Origin: Desulfobacterales bacterium | Lineage (GTDB): Bacteria; Desulfobacterota; Desulfobacteria; Desulfobacterales; UBA5852 | Reading direction: 5' to 3' | Assembly: GCA_963674755.2 (NCBI GenBank) | Contig: CAXXVS010000002.1 | Location: 2,240,001 to 2,304,000, forward strand | Length of the DNA stretch: 64,000 bases | Shown: piece after piece, positions 10,783-21,037 of the stretch | Layout: each line of letters starts with the position of its first letter | Numbering within the stretch: position 1 is the stretch's first letter | Notes under the pieces: model-generated | What the model was told of the DNA's origin: nothing | Database searches by the model: none | What the model saw: only the letters and a program-made list of their open reading frames with translations | Translations under genes and position numbers: made by a program

Positions 10783-10977
10783 GAATGGATTAAGACGTTC
10801 TTCTTTGCTTTAACCGATAAAATCGCTTTCGCTTGTCTGGAAACGTCGAAAAGCTTCCCGAAAGGGTATAGAAACAATGATTGAAGGTTAGCAAACAGAT
10901 TTTTTCAACAGGTCGTTAGGTGGCAGGATTGCTGATCCTCCCCGGATGAGGCCTATAGGGAGTCCGCCTGAGGCGGT

Positions 10978-11880
10978 CTACTCTTCCGGTCCATCCATAT
11001 CGGGATAAATTCTCCTAAAGCATTCCGGGCAGATGCCATGGCTGAAGGCCGCATCGGAATGCTCCTCAATGTAGGCCTCTATCTGGTTCCAGTAGCCCTT
11101 GTCGTCGCGGATCTTCTTGCAGGCGGAACAGATGGGCAGCAGCCCGCTCAGCGTCCGGACCTTGGCGATCGCCGCCTGCAATTCCGTGATGAGCTGTTTG
11201 CGTTCTTCGATTTCACGCCGCAGTTGCCCGTTGGTCGCCTCCAGCTCGGCCGTGCGTTCTTCCAGCCGATCGGCAAAGGCTTCCTTCAAGGCGATGAGTT
11301 CTTTATTCGCGGCGTTGATGCGCCTGGCCGTGGTGTAGGTCAAAATGCCAAAGAGGGTCGTCATGGCGCCCATGCCCATGTGAAGCGTGTCGCCGATCGC
11401 AAAGAAGCGAATGGCGATGGGGACCAGGGCCGGGATGCTGAAGGACAGGAAGACCGGCAAAAGCGGGGAAAAAACGCCCACCGCGCCTGCCACCATGCCC
11501 GCCAGAACGAAGGCGATGAAGACCTGGTGGGCGACCGAGTACAGCGGAAAAAGGAAAAGGCCGCTCGCCCCCCACAGCATACCGGCGATACCCAATCCCA
11601 GGATGAGAAGTTGCCCCCACCCCCGTATGGCTTCCTTGGTGTCAGGCGCTGTCAGGAATCGGCGGTTCAGCAGGAAGCGGATGAAGGATACCAGCAGGAG
11701 GGCCGTCAACCATACGATCAGTCGCCGGTGCGAAATTTGCTCCCACAGGACAGCGACAAAGATGGCCGCATTCACGATCGTGGCAACGATCCCGATGTTC
11801 GCGCGGGCGTAGATCTGGCCGACCAGAACAGGATAGATCCGCTCATCGAACGCGCGGAGGGTTTCTTGGCGGCGGTTCAT
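10978..11880 (-). CDS. Multi-TM membrane sensor with coiled coil and C-terminal Cys/His-rich domain, no kinase domain
   Basis: About six hydrophobic helices, EERTAELE coiled coil, LLPICSACKKIRDDKGYW...FSHGICPEC. Confidence 0.8.
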   Translation of the reverse strand: MNRRQETLRAFDERIYPVLVGQIYARANIGIVATIVNAAIFVAVLWEQISHRRLIVWLTALLLVSFIRFLLNRRFLTAPDTKEAIRGWGQLLILGLGIAGMLWGASGLFLFPLYSVAHQVFIAFVLAGMVAGAVGVFSPLLPVFLSFSIPALVPIAIRFFAIGDTLHMGMGAMTTLFGILTYTTARRINAANKELIALKEAFADRLEERTAELEATNGQLRREIEERKQLITELQAAIAKVRTLSGLLPICSACKKIRDDKGYWNQIEAYIEEHSDAAFSHGICPECFRRIYPDMDGPEE

Positions 11881-12055
11881 AAGGACATCATAATCAATCC
11901 GGCAGCCGCTGTCACGAAGGTTGTAAAAAGGGGGTACCGATTGTCGAGGCCGTCAGGCTTCGATCTCCAGAGCGACTTTTTCCACCTTGGCCAGATCACG
12001 GCGGTAAAAGGCAGCCCCGGCAAATTCCAACCGGCGGATATCCGCCTCCCCCATA

Positions 12056-12088
12056 AAAGAAAGGGAGGCGCGTGACCTCCCTTTCTTT
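12056..12088 (-). terminator. Rho-independent terminator after the cytochrome-rhodanese operon
   Basis: AAAGAAAGGGAGG-n7-CCTCCCTTTCTTT perfect inverted repeat about 25 nt beyond the rhodanese stop. Confidence 0.75.
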
Positions 12089-12112
12089 GCGATGAACCGA
12101 CTTTTCGTAGAC

Positions 12113-12739
12113 TTACTTGCTGGCCACCTTGAGCTGGTCATCTTTTTCAGCGGCCGCCATCTTGTCCACGTCCGGCTTGTACATGAGGGCCGTGTCCATG
12201 CTGTAGGTCCAGGGCAGGCCCTCCCGCTGCCAGCCGCCGTCCCAGCGCTGGCCATAGAAGATGCTGGCCTTGTTTTTGTTCTTGCCGCCTTCGAAGCCGC
12301 CCATCAGGTTGAAAACCTTGTCTTCGGGCCAGCCGGCTTTGATGGCCTCGTTGCATCCCGCGCAGCTGCGGTTGCCGCTGCGGCAGAGGATGATCAGGGT
12401 GTCGGTCTGCGGGTTGAAACGCGCCAGCAGGTCCTTGCCGAAATCGGGGTTGTCCACCTCGACATAGCCCTTCTTGCCGACCTTGCTGGAGAGGAAACGG
12501 ATGGGGACGTTGTAGGCTCCCTCGGGGTGGCCCACGAACTGGTACTCCGCCCTGGTCCGGCAGTCCACCAGGAAGGTGTGCTCCGGGTTCTTCTTCAGCA
12601 TCTCAAAAGCATCGAGCGGGGTGACATCGCCGCCCAGGTGGGGTTTGTTGGCCTCGTAAGCAAAACCGGCCAGGGTCGGGGCGGCCACCATAACCAGCAT
12701 GGCCGCGACAAACGCTGTCAACCAAAATGCTTTTTTCAT
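12113..12739 (-). CDS. Periplasmic rhodanese-domain sulfurtransferase
   Basis: Signal peptide ending TLA; LVDCRT.EY..GHP, active-site loop CRSGNRS, GGFEG, GWQREGLPW; SD AAGGAG. Confidence 0.88.
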   Translation of the reverse strand: MKKAFWLTAFVAAMLVMVAAPTLAGFAYEANKPHLGGDVTPLDAFEMLKKNPEHTFLVDCRTRAEYQFVGHPEGAYNVPIRFLSSKVGKKGYVEVDNPDFGKDLLARFNPQTDTLIILCRSGNRSCAGCNEAIKAGWPEDKVFNLMGGFEGGKNKNKASIFYGQRWDGGWQREGLPWTYSMDTALMYKPDVDKMAAAEKDDQLKVASK

Positions 12740-12789
12740 AACGTATCTCCTTTCCCCTTTTTTAATGGATAGGGCCGGAAAACCGGCAG

Positions 12790-14139
12790 TTAGTCCGGGG
12801 GCCCTGTGTCGTTCGCCTGGATCGGCGGTATCATTTCGTCCGGAACCACCACGTCGGCGTTGGCCGCAACCTCCCGCTCATCCAAATCACGGATCCCCAG
12901 GAAAAGCGCGCGCCGGCCGTGGCAATTGTTGCAGGACTTGTTCTGGGGTGTGATGCGCCGGATGGAATGGGGCGCCGCGTCCGTCCAGGTGGGGTATTGC
13001 GCAAATTCTTTGAGGGCGCCCGGGCTGTAAAAGTCGAAGGTTCCCGGGACCACGGGCGGATGATGTTTGACCGTAAAGGTATAAGGACGCTCCGGTGTGG
13101 GATGAGGATTGCGGCCGATCTTGAAATCCAGCTCGGTTTTTTGGCACTTGAAATAGGCCATGCCTTTGGCATCGGCGCCCACATGACAGCTGTAGCACTG
13201 CTTGATGGGCTGGGCATGGCAGACCTGGCAGGCGGTTTTGCCGCGATGGATCCGGTGGGAAGGTATGGGCGCGTCTTCCGCGGCCGCCTCCGGATGGCAA
13301 GCCTCGCAGCGGGGTCGGGTGGCCGACGTGTGCCGGGTGGCGTCCTCACCGGCCGGCGCATGCATCTGGCCGGCTTGGTGGCAATCCATGCAGGTCATAT
13401 CCTCGTCCGCGAAATGGGTATCGGCAGCAAGATCCTTATTGAGTCCGGTGAATTCACCGAAAATGCGCCCGCCGTGGCAGCTGGCGCAGGTGGTCTCCAT
13501 GGGCGGTGTCTTGCGGAACTGGTGCTGCGCCAGAAAGCCGCCGTTCACGTAGTTCGGCCGGCTCACATGGCACTGGCCGCAGCTGGCGTGGCATTGGCTG
13601 CAGTGTCGCTCCCGGGCGGTTTCCATGGCGGCCTGCACCTTCTGGTCGGCCGGTCCCATGCGGCGGGCAATGGCGTTTCCGATGGGGGCAATCGTATAGT
13701 GGAGGCTTGCGGGGGCGGCGGCGCTGATGTCGGGATGACATTCACCGCAGGCGCCTTCCGGATCGGGAAAGGTGGGATCTTTGATCAGGCCCCGGTGGGC
13801 GGTCTGCCAATTCGGGTCTTGCGGGTTGCCGCCATGGCAGTCCACGCACGCAATCTGGCCGTGATCGCTATCGAGAAAGGCTTTGGCTACGTAAATCTTT
13901 TCGTAAGGCTCCAACGGAGCCAGAGGCCCCCCTCAGCCCTCGCCTTCGTTTTCAGCGGACACCTCGGGTTTCCCGCGGACCTTTTCCACCTCCCAGCCCA
14001 AACGGATGAGCTTCTTGACATCGGTATGGCACTGCACGCAGGTGCTGGCCGGCAACGGCTGACCGGCTGGCAGACATGGAAGGCCAAAAACACCCAGGGC
14101 GATGACGAACGCCCCCCTCAGATATCCGGCATGTTTCAT
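12790..14139 (-). CDS. Exported multiheme cytochrome c (11 CxxCH), probable selenoprotein with in-frame TGA at 13933-13935
   Basis: ORFs 13933..14169 and 12790..13914 are in one frame: SAENEGEG-TGA-GGPLAPLEPYEK. The upstream part has an SD (AAGGAG), signal peptide and one CxxCH; the downstream part has ten CxxCH and no signal peptide. 449 aa in total. Confidence 0.82.
13907..13921 (-). promoter_or_regulatory. Candidate bacterial SECIS hairpin
   Basis: GGCTCC-GTT-GGAGCC starts 11 nt after the TGA; the loop begins with G after 17 nt. Confidence 0.65.
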
Positions 14140-14402
14140 AGCGGCTCCTTGGCAATCGATTGGAAACAACGATACCAGATCAGGTCCGAATTTCCCGCTG
14201 AAGAAGAAGTAAATGCCGAAATGGGCAATATCCCATATATCAGGCCGATGTCAATGGGATAGTGCTCATATCAATTCCCTCTGGCGCAACCCACCGTTCA
14301 CGCCCCCCTGCCGGGCGAGACGTTGTCGATCCAACCACATGGAAAACGCACCGGAAGCCGACCAAAAGGCCGTCCGGTTTGTCACCGTCTACCCAACACG
14401 AT

Positions 14403-14666
14403 TCAATCCGAATCCATATAGCGCTCGCCCACCGGGACAGGCTCACCCGGACGCCAGGTCGAAAAATCCTTGGGCGCCACCAGGTCCTTGGCCCGGACAT
14501 GCTTGTCGATCCAGACGATGCGGGCATGGCATTCCCAAACCCGTTTGCCAAGTTGTCTCATCCGTTTGTTGAGCGCCTTTTCGGCCGCAAGCCGGCTTTT
14601 GTGGACGGAAAGGACTTCCTTCAAAGGGCGTTTGGAATCATTTTCATCATAGATCAACGCATACAT
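14403..14666 (-). CDS. Small hypothetical protein (87 aa)
   Basis: AGGAGG SD before ATG 14666; protein-like composition (MYALIYDE...VWECHARIVW). Confidence 0.7.
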   Translation of the reverse strand: MYALIYDENDSKRPLKEVLSVHKSRLAAEKALNKRMRQLGKRVWECHARIVWIDKHVRAKDLVAPKDFSTWRPGEPVPVGERYMDSD

Positions 14667-15105
14667 GGTGGACCTCCTATGGCTTGCAGGTAGACCCTTC
14701 AAGGCTGCCGGGACCGGCAACCCAGAGAGAAAGCACAGTTTGGAGGCAGAGCGGTATTCGCAGGCATCCGGAGGCGGGAAGATGTTGGACGCGGTTCCGT
14801 TGAAATCGGCTAGGGCAGGTAGGCGAAAGGCTGCTTCAGGGAGGTGTCAATTTGTGTTCGACGCCCGATCCTGTTGCTCGTAATAGATAATATTACCTGT
14901 AGGTTCTGTGTCAATGGCGGCTGGCCCGGCCGCAAAAAGAAGGCTGGCGTCGATAGGGCGGCCGCCACCGGCCAGCCTGGCATGACTTCCGACGAGCTTT
15001 TTCCCCATCGAGGACGGCGGTTTCATCCTGTAGGCGCGAAGGAAGACAAAAGTTCAAACGAGGGGATAGCGCGGTCGGCGGATAGCCCCTTCGGTGGGAA
15101 GCGAT

Positions 15106-16014
15106 CTATTCCGAAAACAGGGCGGTCACCCGGTTGCGACCGTCCTCCTTGGATTGGTACATGGCCGTATCGGCCCGTTTGACGAAAACCGTGATATCTT
15201 CGGTGGGGCGGTACTGAGTCACGCCGATGCTGACCGTTACCGTGACGTCGCCCTCGGCCTGGGGATGGAATTTTTCCACCTGCACAGCGCTTTTAATACG
15301 GTGGGCCACCGTTTCCGCTTCCTCGCCGGTGGTCTCGGGCAGGATCACGGTAAACTCTTCCCCGCCGTAACGATAGGCCGTATCCAGCTTCCGCAGGCAG
15401 CTTTCGATGAGCTGGGCCAGACGAACGAGTACTTTGTCGCCCTCGAGATGGCCGAAGCTGTCGTTGTACTCCTTGAAGTGGTCGATATCCAGCAGGAGCA
15501 ATGAGAGCGGCGGATTGTAGCGAATCGAGCGGTCGACTTCCAGGGTCAGCTGGTTGTAGAAATGCCGCGAGTTGAAGAGCTTCGTCAGACCGTCGGTGGT
15601 GGCCAGGGTCTGGAGCTGCTCCAGCATCTTGACGCGTTCCTGGGTCAGATGTCGTTCTTTCAGAACGCGTTTCAAGCGCAGCAGCAGTTCCGCAAAACGC
15701 ACCGGTTTGAAAAGAAAATCACTGGCGCCTTTGCTGATGGCTTCCTCGTAGGAGTAATCGGCGCTGTAACCGGTGATGACGATGACATCGGCATCGAAAT
15801 TCTTCTTGATGCGGTCCGTCAGCTCGAGGCCGTCCATCCCCGGCAGCGAAATATCGGAGATCACCACGTCCACGCGATTGGCGTCCAGGATGTCCAGGGC
15901 TTCTTCGGCACTGCCCGCAGCAAGCGCTTCATAACCCGACATGCCGATGAATTCATGCATCGTATCGCGAATACCGGCGTCATCATCCACAATCAGAATG
16001 CAGGTATCTTCCAT
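15106..16014 (-). CDS. Response-regulator diguanylate cyclase (REC-GGDEF)
   Basis: ILIVDDD, ISDISLPGMDG, DGLTKLFN, I-site RKLD, RYGGEEF. Confidence 0.93.
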   Translation of the reverse strand: MEDTCILIVDDDAGIRDTMHEFIGMSGYEALAAGSAEEALDILDANRVDVVISDISLPGMDGLELTDRIKKNFDADVIVITGYSADYSYEEAISKGASDFLFKPVRFAELLLRLKRVLKERHLTQERVKMLEQLQTLATTDGLTKLFNSRHFYNQLTLEVDRSIRYNPPLSLLLLDIDHFKEYNDSFGHLEGDKVLVRLAQLIESCLRKLDTAYRYGGEEFTVILPETTGEEAETVAHRIKSAVQVEKFHPQAEGDVTVTVSIGVTQYRPTEDITVFVKRADTAMYQSKEDGRNRVTALFSE

Positions 16015-16378
16015 TCCACAAGGCTTCCCATGTATCGGCTGGTATGGGTTTACTTAGCAGCCCGCGCATGCGGGTTGACAGGATAAAAAGTGATCTGGTA
16101 TTAGGAGCATTCTCTTTTGTTTATAAGGTGTTATCTATAATATGGAAAGGATCAGCGTGTCAACTGGCATTTAGGCCCTTCCTGCCGAAGAAGCAGCGCG
16201 CCCAAAGCCGCCGCAAGCTTCCGTTCCGGGAGTGGCTGCTTCATTTTCCGGACTGAATTTCCTCTGCATTCATACGCCTGATATTATAGATAAAATATAT
16301 TTAAGCCGCCGACCGCCACAGGGGCTGTCGCCGTCAGACGCCCCTGGTGGGGGCATAATCCGAATTCAATAGACGACA

Positions 16379-18181
16379 TTGCAAATGGACCTTATTCGCA
16401 ACTTCAGCATCATCGCCCACATCGATCACGGGAAATCGACCCTCTCGGACCGCCTGATCCAGACCACGGACATCGTATCGGCCCGGGACTTCAAGGATCA
16501 GATCCTGGACACCATGGATATTGAGCGTGAGCGCGGCATCACTATCAAGAGCCAGACGATCTGCCTGCCCTACCAGGCCAAGGATGGCCGGCGCTACAGC
16601 CTGAATCTGATCGACACGCCGGGGCACGTGGATTTTACCTACGAGGTCTCCCGCGCCCTGGCCTCCTGCGAAGGGGCCCTGCTGCTCGTGGACGCCAGCC
16701 AGGGGGTCGAAGCCCAGACCCTGGCCAACCTCTATCTGGCCATGGAACACAACCTGGACATCATCCCGGTGATCAACAAGATCGATCTGCCCTCGGCGGA
16801 GATCGACCGCGTCAAGGATGAGATCGAGGAGGATCTCGGCTTGGACCCGGAAACCGCCCTTTTGGTTTCCGCCAAGGAAGGCATCGGCATCGAGGCGATC
16901 CTGGAGGGTATCGTCACCCGCCTGAAGCCTCCTGCGGGAGACCCCGAGGCCCCGCTGGAGGCCCTGATCTTCGACTCCCACTACGATGCCTATCGGGGCA
17001 CCGTCGTACACTTCCGGGTGTTCGAGGGGCGCATCCGGCCCGGCGACACGATCCAATTCATGTCCAACAAGGCCACCTACAAGGTGGAGGAAGTAGGCGT
17101 CTTCCAGATCGTGCGCAAGCCTCGCAAGGAATTGTCGGCCGGCGAAGTGGGCTACCTCATCGCCGGCATCAAGACCGTCAGCGATACCCGCTGCGGGGAC
17201 ACCGTCACACACAAAGAGCGACCCTGTGCTCGGCCGCGGCCGGGGTTCAAGGAAACCAAGCCGGTGGTCTTCTCCTCCATCTACCCCGTGGCCTCGGACG
17301 GCTACGAAGACCTGGCCGCCGGCCTGGAAAAGCTCAAGCTCAACGACGCCTCGCTGATCTATGAAAAAGACGCCTCCGCCGCCCTGGGCTTCGGTTTCCG
17401 TTGCGGCTTCCTGGGTCTGCTGCACCTGGAGGTGGTCCAGGAGCGCCTGGAGCGGGAATTCGACCTGTCCCTGATCCTGACGGCGCCCTCGGTGAGCTAC
17501 GAGCTGGTCATGAACGATGGCAGCACCCAGGTGATCGACAACCCGGCCCTCTATCCCGACCCGACCCTGATCGAGTACGCCAAGGAGCCCTTCATCCGGG
17601 CCGCCATCATGGTGCCGGACCGCTACATGGGAGCCGTGATGAAACTCTGCCTCGACCGCCGGGGCATCAACAAAAACTACCAGTACCTGACCAGCAACCG
17701 CCTGGAAATGATTTTCGAGTTGCCCCTGGCCGAAGTGGTCTACGATTTCTACGACAAGCTCAAATCGGTGACCCAGGGCTATGGCTCCTTCGATTACGAT
17801 CTACTGGAATACCGGCGGACCGATCTCGTCAAGGTGGACATTCTGATCAACGGCGAACGCGTGGACGCCTTGAGCCAGCTGGTGCACCGCGAGCGGGCCG
17901 TGGCCCGGGCGCGGGCGGCCTGTGAGCGGCTGAAGGACGAAATTCCCCGCCAGATGTTCAAGATTGCCATCCAGGGGGCCATCGGCGGCACCATCATTTC
18001 CCGCGAGACCGTTTCGGCCTTCCGCAAGGACGTGACCGCCAAATGTTACGGCGGGGATATCACCCGCAAACGCAAGCTGCTCGAAAAACAGAAAAAGGGT
18101 AAAAAACGCATGAAAATGGTCGGCCAGGTGGAGATCCCCCAGGCAGCCTTTCTGTCCGTTCTCAAATCCGACAGCGACTGA
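16379..18181 (+). CDS. lepA: Translation elongation factor 4
   Basis: [57 protein letters not shown]. Confidence 0.98.
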   Translation: MQMDLIRNFSIIAHIDHGKSTLSDRLIQTTDIVSARDFKDQILDTMDIERERGITIKSQTICLPYQAKDGRRYSLNLIDTPGHVDFTYEVSRALASCEGALLLVDASQGVEAQTLANLYLAMEHNLDIIPVINKIDLPSAEIDRVKDEIEEDLGLDPETALLVSAKEGIGIEAILEGIVTRLKPPAGDPEAPLEALIFDSHYDAYRGTVVHFRVFEGRIRPGDTIQFMSNKATYKVEEVGVFQIVRKPRKELSAGEVGYLIAGIKTVSDTRCGDTVTHKERPCARPRPGFKETKPVVFSSIYPVASDGYEDLAAGLEKLKLNDASLIYEKDASAALGFGFRCGFLGLLHLEVVQERLEREFDLSLILTAPSVSYELVMNDGSTQVIDNPALYPDPTLIEYAKEPFIRAAIMVPDRYMGAVMKLCLDRRGINKNYQYLTSNRLEMIFELPLAEVVYDFYDKLKSVTQGYGSFDYDLLEYRRTDLVKVDILINGERVDALSQLVHRERAVARARAACERLKDEIPRQMFKIAIQGAIGGTIISRETVSAFRKDVTAKCYGGDITRKRKLLEKQKKGKKRMKMVGQVEIPQAAFLSVLKSDSD

Positions 18182-18224
18182 AGCTGCATCGATCCGAACA
18201 TCCAGCGCCGCAAAGGGAAGCATT

Positions 18225-19526
18225 ATGGGACGTACCATCGTTGAAAAGATATTTGACCGCCACCGCGTGGACACCCCCTATGAGGGCGTGCATGTGATCC
18301 GTCTGGATGTGGTGGCCTGCCACGAGATCACCACCCCCATCGCCATCAACGACCTGGCCGCCCGGGACAAGGACCGCGTCTTCGATCCCGCGCGCATCAA
18401 GGCCGTCATCGACCACGTGACCCCGGCCAAGGATTCCAAGACCGCCACCCAGGGCAAGATCCTGCGGGATTGGGCCCGACGCCACGGCATCCGGGATTTC
18501 TTCGATATCGGCCGCAACGGGGTCTGCCATGCCCTGTTCCCGGAAAAGGGTTTCATCCGCCCCGGCTACACCGTTATTATGGGCGACTCCCACACCTGCA
18601 CCTACGGGGCCTTTGGCGCCTTTGCGGCCGGGGTGGGCACCACCGACCTGGAGGTGGGCATTCTCAAGGGGGTCTGCGCCTTCCGCCAACCCGAAACGCT
18701 GCTTGTCCGCATCAGCGGAACGCCGGCCGCCGGGGTCTACGCCAAGGATATCGTCCTCTCGGTCATCGCCCGGCTGGGCGTCAACGGCGCCACCGACAAG
18801 GTGATCGAGTTCAGCGGCCCGGTGGTGGCGGCGATGTCCATGGAAGAGCGCATGACGCTTTGCAACATGGCCGTCGAAGCCGGCGGCACCTGCGGCATCT
18901 GCGCCCCGGATGAGACCACGCTGGACTACCTCTGGGAGTTCATTCAAGCAGATTTCCGGGACAAGGATGACGCCCTGGCGGCGTTTACCGAATTGCAGCC
19001 CGATCCCGACGCCTGCTATGCTTTGGTACTTGACCATGACGTGAGCGACCTGGAGCCCCTGGCGACCTTCGGCCACAAACCCGATCAGGTCAAACCGGTG
19101 AGCGCCATGACGCGCCAGAAGATCGATCAGGTCTACATTGGCTCCTGCACCAACGGCCGGATCGAGGACCTGCGGGCGGCCGTGCGTGAGCTGCGCGGCC
19201 GGCGCATCGCCCCCACCGTGCGGGGGATCGTCTCGCCGGCCACTCCCAGGATCTACCGTCAGGCCTTGGCGGAAGGTCTGATCGCAGCCTTCCTGGAGGC
19301 CGGTTTCTGCGTCACCAACCCCACCTGCGGCGCCTGCCTGGGCATGAGCAACGGGGTTCTGGCCGAAGGGGAAGTCTGTGCGGCCACCACCAACCGCAAC
19401 TTCAACGGGCGCATGGGCATCGGCGGCATGGTCCATCTGGTCAGTCCGGCCACCGCCGCGGCCAGCGCCGTGGCCGGCCACCTGGCGCCCCCCTCGAACA
19501 GCCGGAAAGCGGAGGGTCTCTCATGA
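18225..19526 (+). CDS. leuC: 3-isopropylmalate dehydratase large subunit (short LeuC/homoaconitase-type)
   Basis: GDSHTCTYGA, IGSCTNGR, CGACLG, TTNRNFNGRMG. Confidence 0.92.
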   Translation: MGRTIVEKIFDRHRVDTPYEGVHVIRLDVVACHEITTPIAINDLAARDKDRVFDPARIKAVIDHVTPAKDSKTATQGKILRDWARRHGIRDFFDIGRNGVCHALFPEKGFIRPGYTVIMGDSHTCTYGAFGAFAAGVGTTDLEVGILKGVCAFRQPETLLVRISGTPAAGVYAKDIVLSVIARLGVNGATDKVIEFSGPVVAAMSMEERMTLCNMAVEAGGTCGICAPDETTLDYLWEFIQADFRDKDDALAAFTELQPDPDACYALVLDHDVSDLEPLATFGHKPDQVKPVSAMTRQKIDQVYIGSCTNGRIEDLRAAVRELRGRRIAPTVRGIVSPATPRIYRQALAEGLIAAFLEAGFCVTNPTCGACLGMSNGVLAEGEVCAATTNRNFNGRMGIGGMVHLVSPATAAASAVAGHLAPPSNSRKAEGLS

Positions 19527-20047
19527 AAAACTTCAGCGGCAATGTCCTGTTTCTGGACCGCTCCGACATCAACACCGACGAAATCATCCCGGCCAAATAC
19601 CTGACCGAGATCACCAAGGACGCCTTGCGACCTCACCTGCTGGAAGATCTGTGCCTGGAGGGGTTCGTTCCGGGAAAAAGTACGCTGGACAAGCAGGTCG
19701 TGGTCACCCGGGCCAATTTCGGTTGCGGTTCCTCCCGCGAACATGCGCCCTGGGCTTTCGAGGTCAACGGGATCCATGCGGTCATCGCCGAAAGCTTTGC
19801 CCGCATTTTCCGCCAGAACATGTTCAATGGCGGCATGATGGCGGTGGCGCTGCCGGAAGCGACCATCGCCGACCTGTTTGCCCGTTTCGCCGGCCGGGAC
19901 ACGCGCCTGGCCACGGATTTCGCCGGAGGCACTTTCACCTTTACGGCGGACAGGGATTCGCTCAGCCTCCCCTTCCAGCTGGCCCCGTTTGACCGGGCGC
20001 TGGTGGAGGCCGGGGGATGGCTGGAATACGCCGACACCCACTATTGA
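19523..20047 (+). CDS. leuD: 3-isopropylmalate dehydratase small subunit
   Basis: DINTDEIIPA, NFGCGSSREHA, SFARIFRQN; ATGA overlap with leuC. Confidence 0.92.
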   Translation: MKNFSGNVLFLDRSDINTDEIIPAKYLTEITKDALRPHLLEDLCLEGFVPGKSTLDKQVVVTRANFGCGSSREHAPWAFEVNGIHAVIAESFARIFRQNMFNGGMMAVALPEATIADLFARFAGRDTRLATDFAGGTFTFTADRDSLSLPFQLAPFDRALVEAGGWLEYADTHY

Positions 20048-20103
20048 CGGCCCGCGGAACGCCATCCCGAAGCGGTATTGCCAGGTGGTTTGCTGCTGGT
20101 GGT

Positions 20104-20277
20104 TTAGCGGGTCATATACCAGAGGAAACGCCGTTCCTTCCAGCTGCGCCGCTCTTTGCCGCCGTTTAGAAAGTAGTCCCGCCGGCCGGTTTTGCGTCGA
20201 TCCCTGTAAGAACGCCGATCTTTGGTGCTGTAAAGCGGCGGATCTTTGATCTTCAATTCAAAGACCTGTCTTACCAT
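20104..20277 (-). CDS. 57-aa Arg-rich small protein with repeated (D/E)RR motifs (not in ORF track)
   Basis: MVRQVFELKIKDPPLYSTKDRRSYRDRRKTGRRDYFLNGGKERRSWKERRFLWYMTR; a G10 tract lies 6 nt upstream of the ATG. Confidence 0.6.
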   Translation of the reverse strand: MVRQVFELKIKDPPLYSTKDRRSYRDRRKTGRRDYFLNGGKERRSWKERRFLWYMTR

Positions 20278-20518
20278 CGCTTACCCCCCCCCCGAAAACA
20301 ATGGAAGCCGGCGCCCCTGCTGTTAACGGCCGGGGCCTATCGAGACCCGTTGAAGCTGTGGATTTTTTGCGAGGCGGCGGAAGACGAAGATAAGGCGTCC
20401 AGCAGGCGGAGATGCAACGGCAGGCATTCCAAAGCGATCGTTCAGGGCAGTCCCGGGCGGCGCCTCGTGAGCCATATGAGCATCCTCAATCTGGTTTTGC
20501 AAGCCTAAACTTGATCGC

Positions 20519-20925
20519 TCAGGCAAGCGCCAGGGACCGTTGGACCGCGTTTTTAAGCGTATTCGCGACGATGCAGCCCCGCTCGGCGATCGTGGCGAGT
20601 TTCTCCATTTCGGCGCGGTCGGCGTATGTGCGGAAATCGTCATCCGGATGGCCGCAAAACGGGCCGGCGCTTCCGCCAGGGTGCCCCGCCACATCGATGG
20701 CCAGGCCGGATACCTGGGCCGCGTGAGCCCGGACAGCCGCCAGAAGGTTGCTCATGAAGCACCCACCCAGCCCCATCAGGAGCATTTCGCCCCCCATGGG
20801 ACCCCGGTCCGCACCGCCTTTGGCCTCGGGGCGGTCGCTGAGAATTTTTTGGTGACGGGCCGTGCACGCCGATGTGAAGGCCGAGATTTGCTTGACGCTG
20901 ACGCCGATAGACGACTCAGGGATAG
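20519..20925 (-). pseudogene. OsmC family protein, degenerate (no start codon, two compensating indels)
   Basis: DRPEAKGGADRGP, LGGCF and ERGCIVANTL are in one frame; the expected middle GTLAEAPARFAAIRMTIS lies in another; ATC stands where ATG is expected. Confidence 0.7.
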
Positions 20926-21037
20926 CCCGGCGCGTCCCGCAGACGCTTGCACGGCCGGTCGCCCTGGCCCCGCAATTCCTCAGGGCGGCACGGGTTTGCT
21001 TGCATCCTGTGGCCCAGGTGATTAATATGTCAGCACT

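Noticed and set aside
14680..14880. Possible ncRNA or riboswitch upstream of the 87-aa gene
   Set aside because: Some short stems, but no match to any RNA family I can recognise; needs an Rfam search.
20330..20510. Possible further degenerate intergenic element
   Set aside because: No second copy or clear terminal inverted repeat within the window.
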